Shown here: piece after piece, positions 29,284 through 37,461 of the stretch
Numbering within the stretch: the stretch's first letter is position 1
Layout of the letters: every line of letters starts with the position of its first letter
Source of the DNA: an uncultured Porphyromonas sp.
GTDB lineage: Bacteria; Bacteroidota; Bacteroidia; Bacteroidales; Porphyromonadaceae
DNA: 64,000 nucleotides
Reading direction: 5' to 3'
Assembly (NCBI GenBank): GCA_963539975.1
Contig: CAUTMR010000001.1
Coordinates: 37,143-101,142 of the forward strand
Notes under the pieces: generated by a model
The model's input: the letters and a program-made list of their open reading frames with translations, nothing else
What the model was told of the DNA's origin: nothing
Databases searched by the model: none
Translations under genes and position numbers: made by a program

Positions 29284-30960
29284 TTACTTCTTGTTGTTGT
29301 CATTGGATTTGCGGGATAATTTGAAACATTCGTCATGAACCAATAGGTTGCATTTTCGTCCGTTTTGGACGGTAGGCATCACATTCCATGCCTTGTGCGT
29401 GTTTATCGGCTCACCACATATTGGACATTTTCTACCCTGCTTTTCCCATAGGTGAAGCAAAGACTTACGCCCTTTCAGTGAAACAAGCATTTTCGACTTC
29501 ATTCTTTGGTTGAAGTATAAACGACAGTCCACGTCAAACGGATTCATATCTCCTTTTATCTGCGTATATTGCAGAAAGGGGAACGAGGAAGTCAAAGTCA
29601 ACAGTGCTAGTTGGTCTTCCTTTCCATTTGATTTCTTGAACTTGGCTGCAAAAGTCCAACTGTTACCTCGGATATTATGCCAATAGCGGTCTTTAATCCA
29701 TCGCTTTCCTTTCTTGGAGTGGCGACGTTTAGCCCATTGCCATAGGGAGAGGAATATCTGATGGTCAATTCTGTGAAAGGAATCACGCGTTGCGCCATGC
29801 TGATAGTATGCTCCCCATCCTCGGATTTTAGCATTCAACATTCTGATTAAGGACTCCTGCCTGCAACCCTTGTTGCCTTTTATCACCTTACGAATATTCT
29901 CCATAAAGCGTTTTTCGGCTTTCTTGGTCGGCTTGGTCAATATTTCATTACCGTATTTGCGGATGTTGAAACCGAGAAAATCGAACCCGTCACGGACATT
30001 GGTTATCACAGTCTTTTCTTCTGATAAGGTTAAACCTCTTTCAGCCATGAATTCGGCAACCAATGGTTTGATTTCGTTCTCAAGCGTTTCCCTGTTCTCG
30101 CAGGTGATGATAAAATCATCGGCATAGCGTACCAAATTCACCATGGGGGAATAATGTTTCCCTTTTATGGTTCTTCTTTTATACCTCTCTGCGAGAACTT
30201 TCTGCAATCCATCCAATGCCATATTGGCAAGCGTCGGGGAGATTATACCTCCTTGTGGTGTACCCTCCTCCGTCGGGAACATCTGTTTGTTGAAGATATA
30301 GCCGCATTTCAACCATTTGCGGAGCATCGCCTTGTCCATAGGGATGTTGGCGAGTAGCCATTCGTGGCTGATATGGTCGAAGCATCCTTTGATGTCACCC
30401 TCCAAAATCCATTCGGGAGAATAGCCTTTTCGGAGAATATTATGACATTGCATTACAGCGTCCATACAGCGGCGTTCCTTGCGGAACCCGTATGAACGAG
30501 TATCGGCTGTAGTTTCGGACACTGGTTCCAATGCCATGAGGTAGAGTGCTTGCATGGCTCTGTCTTTCATTGTCGGTATTCCCAATGGGCGCAGTTTGCC
30601 ATTGCTCTTTTTGATGTGAACTCTTCTCAGGGGCTTCGGCTGATAGCCTCTGCGTCTGAGGTCGTTTATTGCTTGCATTTTTGTTTCGGGTTTATCCCAT
30701 GTCTCCATGTCAACCCCAGGGGTGTTGCCACCTCCGTTAGAAGTTACTCTCTTTACGGCTAAGGCTTTTGCGTAAAAAGAGTGGGTCAGCGTCCACTGTA
30801 AGGCTTTCACCTTATTGTGTCTGCCGTCCTTTTGAGCCTTTACAATACGTGCTTGTAGCTTTCTGACAGCCAACTCTGCCTTGGTCCAGTCCATGCTGTC
30901 CCAAAGTGTCAGCTGATTGTCAGCAGGTGCACACGATGTTTTGTTTTCGTTCATTTGCAT
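29284..30960 (-). CDS. group II intron reverse transcriptase/maturase
   Basis: 558 aa. RT blocks include the active-site motif YADD (LVRYADDFIITC). A maturase X region (RGWGAYYQH) is followed by a C-terminal CPICG...H...HDEC zinc/HNH-like segment. Confidence 0.95.
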   Translation of the reverse strand: MQMNENKTSCAPADNQLTLWDSMDWTKAELAVRKLQARIVKAQKDGRHNKVKALQWTLTHSFYAKALAVKRVTSNGGGNTPGVDMETWDKPETKMQAINDLRRRGYQPKPLRRVHIKKSNGKLRPLGIPTMKDRAMQALYLMALEPVSETTADTRSYGFRKERRCMDAVMQCHNILRKGYSPEWILEGDIKGCFDHISHEWLLANIPMDKAMLRKWLKCGYIFNKQMFPTEEGTPQGGIISPTLANMALDGLQKVLAERYKRRTIKGKHYSPMVNLVRYADDFIITCENRETLENEIKPLVAEFMAERGLTLSEEKTVITNVRDGFDFLGFNIRKYGNEILTKPTKKAEKRFMENIRKVIKGNKGCRQESLIRMLNAKIRGWGAYYQHGATRDSFHRIDHQIFLSLWQWAKRRHSKKGKRWIKDRYWHNIRGNSWTFAAKFKKSNGKEDQLALLTLTSSFPFLQYTQIKGDMNPFDVDCRLYFNQRMKSKMLVSLKGRKSLLHLWEKQGRKCPICGEPINTHKAWNVMPTVQNGRKCNLLVHDECFKLSRKSNDNNKK

Positions 30961-31687
30961 TCCTTCTTTTGAAAGTTCTAAAAGTTAATTGTAAAGAATT
31001 ACCATTAGACAACAGTCGGGTATCTTGCCTCCCGAATATTGTCACAGAAGTCTGCCCACTTTCGTGTCGGGTGATGTCGCCCAAATCAACTCGTGATGTC
31101 GGCTCAATCCGTATCCGTTCCATTACAGAACGGCATTCGCTTTTTCTGTTATCTTATACCTGCACACCATTCGGCTTCCATTGCTGTCAGCTTACCTGCC
31201 ACTTTGACATGACAGGAGATATACAGGCTTACCATGTTCCACATAGATAACTAACGGATAGGTTAGGTTCTGTCTCATCCTCCGGCGGTGCTTATATCCG
31301 TGTAATCCTACCATGGAGAGGATTAACTGACCGCTTCCCTTTTGGGAAGAGTGTACCAGTATCTTACACTCATTTACGACATTACGAAGTTTACTAACAG
31401 TTCGCTTACGCTAACCATACTATCCAGCCTCGCCACTCTGCGGTATGATACTAACTGCACTTGACTTTCCCTCACGGTTCTGTCTTGTCCTTTCGGAAAG
31501 TGTACTTTGTCCCAACCGCTTAATACAACATTAAGGTGCATTGGTCGGTAGGTTACCGCTGACGGAACAGCGGGTTAAAGCTGATACTCGTAAGTATCAT
31601 TCTAACAATTATCTATGCGACTTCATGTCGCACCCATGGGGAATCTGTATGGAGGCTGAACTCAAGAAGTTTATGTTTACGTTGAAT

Positions 31688-32016
31688 ATGAAAACCTATA
31701 ACCATTTGAGCCGAGAGCAAGGATACACAATTGCTCAGCAACCTTGTTCTACAATATTCATAGGGCAATATAGTACTCACGCTACGAGACTTTGGAGAAA
31801 AATCATGCTCGTGTTGAGATGCGAACCTAGTACTACATTGCTCGTTTAGGAGGCTTTCGACGAAGTGTATATAGTCAATGCAAGAATTATTCAGCCAATA
31901 CGCTAGGAAATCGCTCTAGCCATTATCTCTCAATACAAAGACAAACTATCCTTACGGAAGAGATTATTCAAAGCTGCTCTGAATATAGACTATCTCAAAA
32001 GCTTCTAAAGATTTGA
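31688..32016 (+). pseudogene. decayed IS30-family transposase remnant (N-terminal HTH piece plus possible C-terminal piece, frameshifted, catalytic core missing)
   Basis: MKTYNHLSREQGYTIAQ resembles the IS30-type N-terminus (M..Y.HL..E.RY.I). An alternative frame gives LVLQYSIGQ-like text. A second frame (31849-32016) gives ..TLGNRSSHYLSIQRQTILTEEII, reminiscent of the C-terminal LNNRPRK.L....TP.E.F. Confidence 0.4.
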
Positions 32017-32364
32017 TGCGGGAGTCCCTGGTGTCGCGCTCCCCCGTCAGCACACCGAGCCCTCTCCTTCCACGGCTGTGCTTCCAATCCTATTCATTAA
32101 GAAAGACAATAAGTAGAATTCTTGTATTCATTTACTGAAGAATGGTGAGATGATAATGGAGGATGTAAGATATTGTGTTGCTTATTTTGGTTAAATCATT
32201 GCAAATTGATGCTTTAATCAAAATATATATCTATCTTAGCCGATGAATGATAAGAAGAGGGGAGAGATAAACATCCTTACCCTGTCTTTTCAGTTCTGTT
32301 GTTACTGGGATAGCTTCCCGCAAGATATAAGACTCCATAATAACACCAAAGAATTATTGATCAG

Positions 32365-34026
32365 ATGAAAGCAAGAACGCTGTTGAAACTTCTCGCACAC
32401 TCTCTCCTCCTTTCACTATCCGTCTGTGGAGTAGCTTTGGCTCAAGATCCAGACTCAGAGTGGAAGCCTCTCAAGGGCTTTGACTACACTGCTCAGACTA
32501 TTGACGGGCAACGTATTAACATTGATTCACTTGTGAGGGCTGGTAAGAAAGTCGTCTTAGACTTTTCTGGTACATTTTGTAGGCCTTGCTGGGCCATACA
32601 TAAACGAGGTACTGCAGAACGCCTTTGGAAAAAGTATGGTCCTCCAGGGAGTGACGAGATGTTCTTTATTTGGATTGAGGCTACTGGTGCAAGTAAAGCT
32701 ACCATTGAAGGAAAAGAAGGGGATACTCTTGGCGACTGGACAAATGGCGGCACCGTTCCCTATCCGATTGTTTCGGATGCCCATATGGCAGATGCCTTAG
32801 GAATACCCCTCTCATACGTTCCCTGCATCGTGCTGCTCTCTGCTCATGGCACCTATACTGAGGTACAAGAGATATTACAAATTAGCGAAGAGGGCGTTTA
32901 CAACAAGAGTAAAGAGTGTCTTTCTGCACAAGATGCTCCCGTTGTTCGGGATCTCTATGCTCCCACCTGGGGCATGACAAATAAAACGCCTTGTGAGATA
33001 CAAGCTTATGTAGGCTCTGTCTCTCCAATTACGAAGTATATTTGGCAAGTCAATGGTCAGGACTATGAAACTACCTCAGAGCCTCGCTTAATCTTAAATT
33101 GGCCAACAGAAGGGGAGATAGAACTTGCACTCACTGCTGTCAATCAGCATGGAGCGAGCACGCCTCTATCCAAGCGAATTAAGGTGCGATTGGGCGAAGA
33201 GAAGACTCCCTTGCCCATCAGCGAATCCTTTGAAAAAGAGGGCTTGATAGACTGGAGCCGTGCAGATGTAGATGGAGACCTTATCGGATGGACCTCCCTC
33301 TCTCAGGAGCTCTCGCGTCTCCAGGTACCTGAGGATCAACTCTCTGCAAAGACCATGGCACACTCTGGCGAAGATTGTATGGTTTCTTGGTCTTTCTATC
33401 CGACAGAGTTTAAGAGCTATACAAACCTAGTCGGCTATAGAGTCTCAAGCAAGAACTGGCTCCTCCCTCCTCCTATAAGCGTACCAGAGGGCGAGGAGAT
33501 GGAGACGCTTCTTACCCTGTATGCTCGCTCCTTTAGTAAACAATTCCATCGACAGGACACACTCTCTATATACTACGTGCCGGCTCCGGTTAATCCGCTC
33601 TCTTGGACAGAAGGGTTGGTTAAACTACAAACAACTCCTGTATCTTACAATTGGAAAAAGGTTGAGTGCGACTTATCTCCTTTCCGAGGACAAAACATCC
33701 AGCTCATACTAGCGCACGAGACCTATGGAGCCACAGGACTACTGATTGACGATTTCTCTATTGAGATAACGAACCATCAAAGCACCTCCTCCCTATCTTC
33801 CAACCAAGGAGAACTCACGATCATCAATGGCATACTTTATCTAGACCTAGACACCTCCTCTGATATTGAGTGGTATCTATACCACATCACAGGAGAGCTA
33901 CAAGGCCGAGGTGTGCTGAGTAACGGATCGCGCCAACTAACTTCAGCCCCTCTCCCTAAAGGTCTATATATCCTCTCAACCAAAGGACCTAAAGGTTGCT
34001 ACTCCTATAAGATCCAAATATCCTAA
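32365..34026 (+). CDS. secreted thioredoxin-fold protein with Ig/PKD-like and choice-of-anchor-J/cleaved-adhesin-like domains and a probable T9SS C-terminal sorting domain
   Basis: 553 aa. Signal peptide with an ALA/QD cleavage context. TlpA-like CxxC motif FCRPCW (Cys72 at 32578). ITKYIWQVNGQDYETTS suggests an Ig-like domain. DVDGDLIGW...NWLL...LLIDDFSI suggests an adhesin-like domain. The C-terminal beta-rich tail ends KGCYSYKIQIS. Confidence 0.7.
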   Translation: MKARTLLKLLAHSLLLSLSVCGVALAQDPDSEWKPLKGFDYTAQTIDGQRINIDSLVRAGKKVVLDFSGTFCRPCWAIHKRGTAERLWKKYGPPGSDEMFFIWIEATGASKATIEGKEGDTLGDWTNGGTVPYPIVSDAHMADALGIPLSYVPCIVLLSAHGTYTEVQEILQISEEGVYNKSKECLSAQDAPVVRDLYAPTWGMTNKTPCEIQAYVGSVSPITKYIWQVNGQDYETTSEPRLILNWPTEGEIELALTAVNQHGASTPLSKRIKVRLGEEKTPLPISESFEKEGLIDWSRADVDGDLIGWTSLSQELSRLQVPEDQLSAKTMAHSGEDCMVSWSFYPTEFKSYTNLVGYRVSSKNWLLPPPISVPEGEEMETLLTLYARSFSKQFHRQDTLSIYYVPAPVNPLSWTEGLVKLQTTPVSYNWKKVECDLSPFRGQNIQLILAHETYGATGLLIDDFSIEITNHQSTSSLSSNQGELTIINGILYLDLDTSSDIEWYLYHITGELQGRGVLSNGSRQLTSAPLPKGLYILSTKGPKGCYSYKIQIS

Positions 34027-34062
34027 GACTACTTTACTAACAAACTCAATAGACTAAGAATT

Positions 34063-36450
34063 ATGATGCGAAGAACTACTTCTTTACTTCTGACCTTTAT
34101 CCTCCTCTGCTTTGGGGGAGGATGTACTTTGTATGGTCAGAACAAGATTACTTTGACTACCAAGAAAACCGTTGGAGAGCAGATCAAACTGCAGATCAAG
34201 TCTGTACCGGGTGCCTCTCTATCCTATGAGGGGCTGGAGGAAGATGCCAGTGGCAACTACACTGTGGGTTCCAGTACCTTCTCTATCGTGGGTGATGTAG
34301 AGGAGCTACGCTTTACCAATTGTGGCATCACGGCTGCTAGCTTTTCCCCTCAGCACAGTACCCTGAAAGCGGTATGGGGCAACTTCAACCAAATGGTGGG
34401 TACTATTGATCTCTCTGGGGCTCCCAAGCTAGAGACCTTTGTCGTCACGAAGAATCTTCTTTCGCACGTCAATCTAGCCAACTGTCCCAAGCTTTCGCTT
34501 ATCTACGCTGATAGGAACTCTCTTGAGACAATAAATATTGAGGGGTGTGATGCTCTCACTTTCCTCTCTGTCTCAACTAATTGTCTAGGTTCGCTACTCT
34601 TTCCCTCGGGAGCAAGCGGTCTAAAGGAGATAAGGTGCGAAAACAACCAAATCTATGGAGAGGCGATGAGAGCGGCTCTTCGCTCACTACCCGACCTCAG
34701 TGCATCCTCGGAGTGGGCGAGCATATTATTGGTCAATCAGAGGAACAAGGACGAGAAGAATTGGGCATGGCATTCCGACATAGTCCTAGCCAAGGAGCAA
34801 CGAGGCTACCTTTGCAATGGCATTAGTGAGGAAGGCGAAATTGGGGATTATGAGGGCATAGAAGACCCACAGGTAATCACCCAGCAGGTCTCTATGACTA
34901 TCGGAAGCGACATCGTAGGACAATCTAAATTTATAACCATCAAGGGGGTTGGTGAAATAACTATTGATGGTGTAGAGGAGGCTTATGACCCCAATCGAAA
35001 TAGCTACACCTTTAAACAACAAGAGATAACCATACGTGGCGAGGTCACTGACCTTACCTGCTCCATACTTGGGCTTACAAAACTCGACGTCTCTCAAGCT
35101 ACCTCTCTTGCCAAGCTAGACTGTAGCTCTAATGCACTCACGGAGCTTGATCTCTCCAATAATACCAAACTCGAGAAGCTCATCTGTCTCAACAACAAGA
35201 TCGCTCAACTAAGCCTAGACAACCATGCCGAGTTGACAGAATTCAATAGCTCTAACAACGAACTCACTCAACTCAGCATCAAAAATAGTCCCAAGCTCAG
35301 CAGATGTGATATATACCTCAACAACCTATCCACGGAGGCATTAAATACTTTCGTTGATGGGCTGAGAAGTTGTGAAGAAGATAGCCACGGTATATTGGTT
35401 GTCATTGATACAAAGAATAATAAGATTCGCGAGCGCAATAAGCTCACCAATGAGATCATTACCTCTGCTCGAGGCAAAAACTGGGATGTGTATGACTGGG
35501 CAGCCGGCAATGCCGTTCAGATAACTGATGTCGCTATCTCCGATGCTCTCATTACTCTAGAGACCGGACTAGCCATAGGAAACAAGATTGCTTTAGAGAT
35601 CAGCGGATCAGATAATGTAGCTATAACAGGTGTTGCCGAACCTTTTGAAGCTTACTACAAGGAGTATACGCTGACCGATACCAAGCTCACGATACAAGGT
35701 GACGTCAAAGTCCTAGTATGCAGTGGGCAGAAGATCCAAAAAATTGACGTTTCTCAATGCCCAGTTCTAGAGGATCTGCACGCTTACAAGAATGAACTCT
35801 CCAGTTTTACCATCTCTAATCACAGCAATATCAAGCGACTCCTATTGAGTGAAAACGCTCTTACCGAGGTGAACGTCTCAAACTGTGAAAACCTAGAGAC
35901 TATGTCCCTCTGGGGTAACAAGCTACAAGGTATAGGGCTCAGCAATTGTCCTAAGATTACCTATGTAGACTGTATGCGCAACAATATCGGAGACGAAGCC
36001 TTCCAGAAATTTGTTGAGGCACTCCCCACCATTCCTGGTGCTGCTGAGGCAGGAGTCTTTATGGCCGTAGATACTCAGTGCAACCCAAGTGACAAGAATG
36101 TCCTAAATAAGAGTACTGTAGATAAGGCAATAGCCAAGCATTGGCTTGTCAAGGACTTTTGTGGTGGGAAGTTCGGAGAAGAAGGAGCTCCCTTCGAGGG
36201 AAGTGACGTCGCTGTAGACAAGGTTGCAGAGTCTAACCTGGCTATTTACCCGAATCCAGCTACAGATTGGCTCTACATAACGGAAGCTACTCCAGCTGCC
36301 TCCGTATCTCTATATGCACCCGATGGTCAACTCTTATACCAAGGCACTACCTCCGCTATGGGTACTGCTTCTATAGAGTTGCTTACACTTACCCCAGGAT
36401 GCTATATCGTTCAGGTAGGCACTGAAACAAAGCAGATTATCAAGCAATAG
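34063..36450 (+). CDS. leucine-rich-repeat surface protein (internalin/BspA-like) with a T9SS type A C-terminal sorting domain
   Basis: 795 aa. Signal peptide with a YG/QN cleavage context. There are three modules, each a roughly 65-aa beta region followed by an approximately 22-aa LRR block (L..L.C..N.L..LDLS.N). The C-terminus LAIYPNPATDWLYI...YIVQVGTETKQIIKQ is typical of Por_Secre_tail. Confidence 0.85.
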   Translation: MMRRTTSLLLTFILLCFGGGCTLYGQNKITLTTKKTVGEQIKLQIKSVPGASLSYEGLEEDASGNYTVGSSTFSIVGDVEELRFTNCGITAASFSPQHSTLKAVWGNFNQMVGTIDLSGAPKLETFVVTKNLLSHVNLANCPKLSLIYADRNSLETINIEGCDALTFLSVSTNCLGSLLFPSGASGLKEIRCENNQIYGEAMRAALRSLPDLSASSEWASILLVNQRNKDEKNWAWHSDIVLAKEQRGYLCNGISEEGEIGDYEGIEDPQVITQQVSMTIGSDIVGQSKFITIKGVGEITIDGVEEAYDPNRNSYTFKQQEITIRGEVTDLTCSILGLTKLDVSQATSLAKLDCSSNALTELDLSNNTKLEKLICLNNKIAQLSLDNHAELTEFNSSNNELTQLSIKNSPKLSRCDIYLNNLSTEALNTFVDGLRSCEEDSHGILVVIDTKNNKIRERNKLTNEIITSARGKNWDVYDWAAGNAVQITDVAISDALITLETGLAIGNKIALEISGSDNVAITGVAEPFEAYYKEYTLTDTKLTIQGDVKVLVCSGQKIQKIDVSQCPVLEDLHAYKNELSSFTISNHSNIKRLLLSENALTEVNVSNCENLETMSLWGNKLQGIGLSNCPKITYVDCMRNNIGDEAFQKFVEALPTIPGAAEAGVFMAVDTQCNPSDKNVLNKSTVDKAIAKHWLVKDFCGGKFGEEGAPFEGSDVAVDKVAESNLAIYPNPATDWLYITEATPAASVSLYAPDGQLLYQGTTSAMGTASIELLTLTPGCYIVQVGTETKQIIKQ

Positions 36451-36510
36451 CTTGTAGGGAAGAGGATCTACCCTCTTCTCATATTCTTTGTTTGATAATT
36501 GAATAAAAAA

Positions 36511-36543
36511 GGGACTTGGTCAAAGGCCAAGTCCCTTTTTTTC
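36511..36543. terminator. bidirectional rho-independent terminator after the LRR gene
   Basis: An A6 run precedes GGGACTTGG (36511-19), a 7-nt loop and CCAAGTCCC (36527-35), followed by T7. A second 7-bp hairpin GAAGAGG/CCTCTTC lies directly after the stop codon (about 36460-36479). Confidence 0.85.
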
Positions 36544-36978
36544 TGTTTTACATGGTGGCTCCTCGTGGGTGAGAAAACGAAAACTACAATTAGATTGACT
36601 AAACGGAGTAGGATCTTCTCCCTTCTTGAGGATTACCGATATCTAGTGTCATAAGATACCTACAAGTGTCTAGTTGTTAGTTGCTACCTAGGAGAGGGGA
36701 GGGGGGTGTACTCTGTTTGGCGGACGATCTTATAGAGAGTCTATTGCTTTCTTTTCTTTCTCATCTAGAGAATTCTGCTGCCTATCCTATTGTATATCAG
36801 TGTTATTTATAACAGCCTTTCTCCCTTTCTTTTTGTCTTGTTTTCTCTTCTTGTGTATTATTTTACTCTCTCCCTTTCTATGCTTTTTCTACACTTTGTA
36901 ATGCATGTTTGCCAAGTGTGTATTCCAAACTTATCAATTCCTCTTACCCAAAATGTGGTGAAAGTAGATTTTTATACC

Positions 36979-36986
36979 TACTTTTG
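36979..36986 (+). promoter_or_regulatory. candidate -7 box TACTTTTG for the rseC-like/rnf operon
   Basis: TAnnTTTG match 42 nt upstream of the ATG at 37028. Confidence 0.5.
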
Positions 36987-37027
36987 TGGAGCAAAAGACA
37001 AGTGTAGATCTGCGATAAACATTTAGT

Positions 37028-37456
37028 ATGGAGAGTAGTGTACTGGAGCATAGAGCTGTAGTTAGTGCCGTATATGCTGATAGAGTGGTAGTTACTATCA
37101 CGCAATCGAGTGCGTGTAGTGGGTGCCATGCCGCCAAAGCTTGCACTGCTGCAGACCATAAGGAGCGCCCTATTACCATATATCGCCCGATGGGAGAGTA
37201 TAAAATAGGGGAGCCGGTGTTACTCAAAGGTCGTTATGCTATGGGTAATACGGCTGTGGTGATCAGCTTCGTAGTGCCTCTAGTGTTGTTGCTCGTTGTT
37301 GCATTGCTTGCTGTGCATGTTTTGCACCTCAGCGATCTTTATGCAGCTCTTTGCACCTTGGGGGGAGTGGGAGTGTACTATCTTATCCTTTCATTCTTCC
37401 GCAAGTCGCTGAGCAAAAAGTTTGTCTTCTATATAGAGAAAATCCAATCTAACTAA
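37028..37456 (+). CDS. SoxR-reducing-system RseC-family protein (Rnf-associated)
   Basis: 142 aa. N-terminal Cys motif CSGCHAAKAC, two TM helices, and a position immediately upstream of rnfB. Confidence 0.8.
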   Translation: MESSVLEHRAVVSAVYADRVVVTITQSSACSGCHAAKACTAADHKERPITIYRPMGEYKIGEPVLLKGRYAMGNTAVVISFVVPLVLLLVVALLAVHVLHLSDLYAALCTLGGVGVYYLILSFFRKSLSKKFVFYIEKIQSN

Positions 37457-37461
37457 ACGAT

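Larger units (their letters stand above)
29166..31633 (-). mobile_element. full-length group II intron (about 2.47 kb, ORF in domain IV); 3' boundary accurate to within a few nt
   Basis: 5' end GTGCGAC (minus strand, first G at 31633). About 670 nt of structured RNA precede the ORF. A canonical domain V lies at 29240-29207. A domain VI hairpin (GAGGGCA-GTAA-TGCCCTT) has a bulged A at about 29172, and the intron ends ...CCCGAT. Confidence 0.9.

Noticed and set aside
31541-31849. 102-aa ORF spanning the intron 5' boundary.
   Set aside because: Its first 31 codons are antisense to the group II intron RNA. Only the part from Met50 (31688) looks like anything, namely the IS30-like N-terminus, and that part is reported separately as a pseudogene.
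32018-32046. GC-rich hairpin GCGGGAGTCC..GTCGCGCTCCCCCG resembling GGGAGTCC..CGGGAGTCGCTCTCCCG at 55988-56018.
   Set aside because: The shared words are 8 nt or shorter and recur by chance in 64 kb. Alignment needs gaps, and I see no evidence of a repeat family from two loose copies.
36790-37026. Hydrophobic 78-aa ORF in the spacer upstream of the rseC-like gene.
   Set aside because: It has a TTG start, and its hydrophobicity comes from a strongly pyrimidine-rich strand. It overlaps the predicted rnf promoter box and has no supporting signals.
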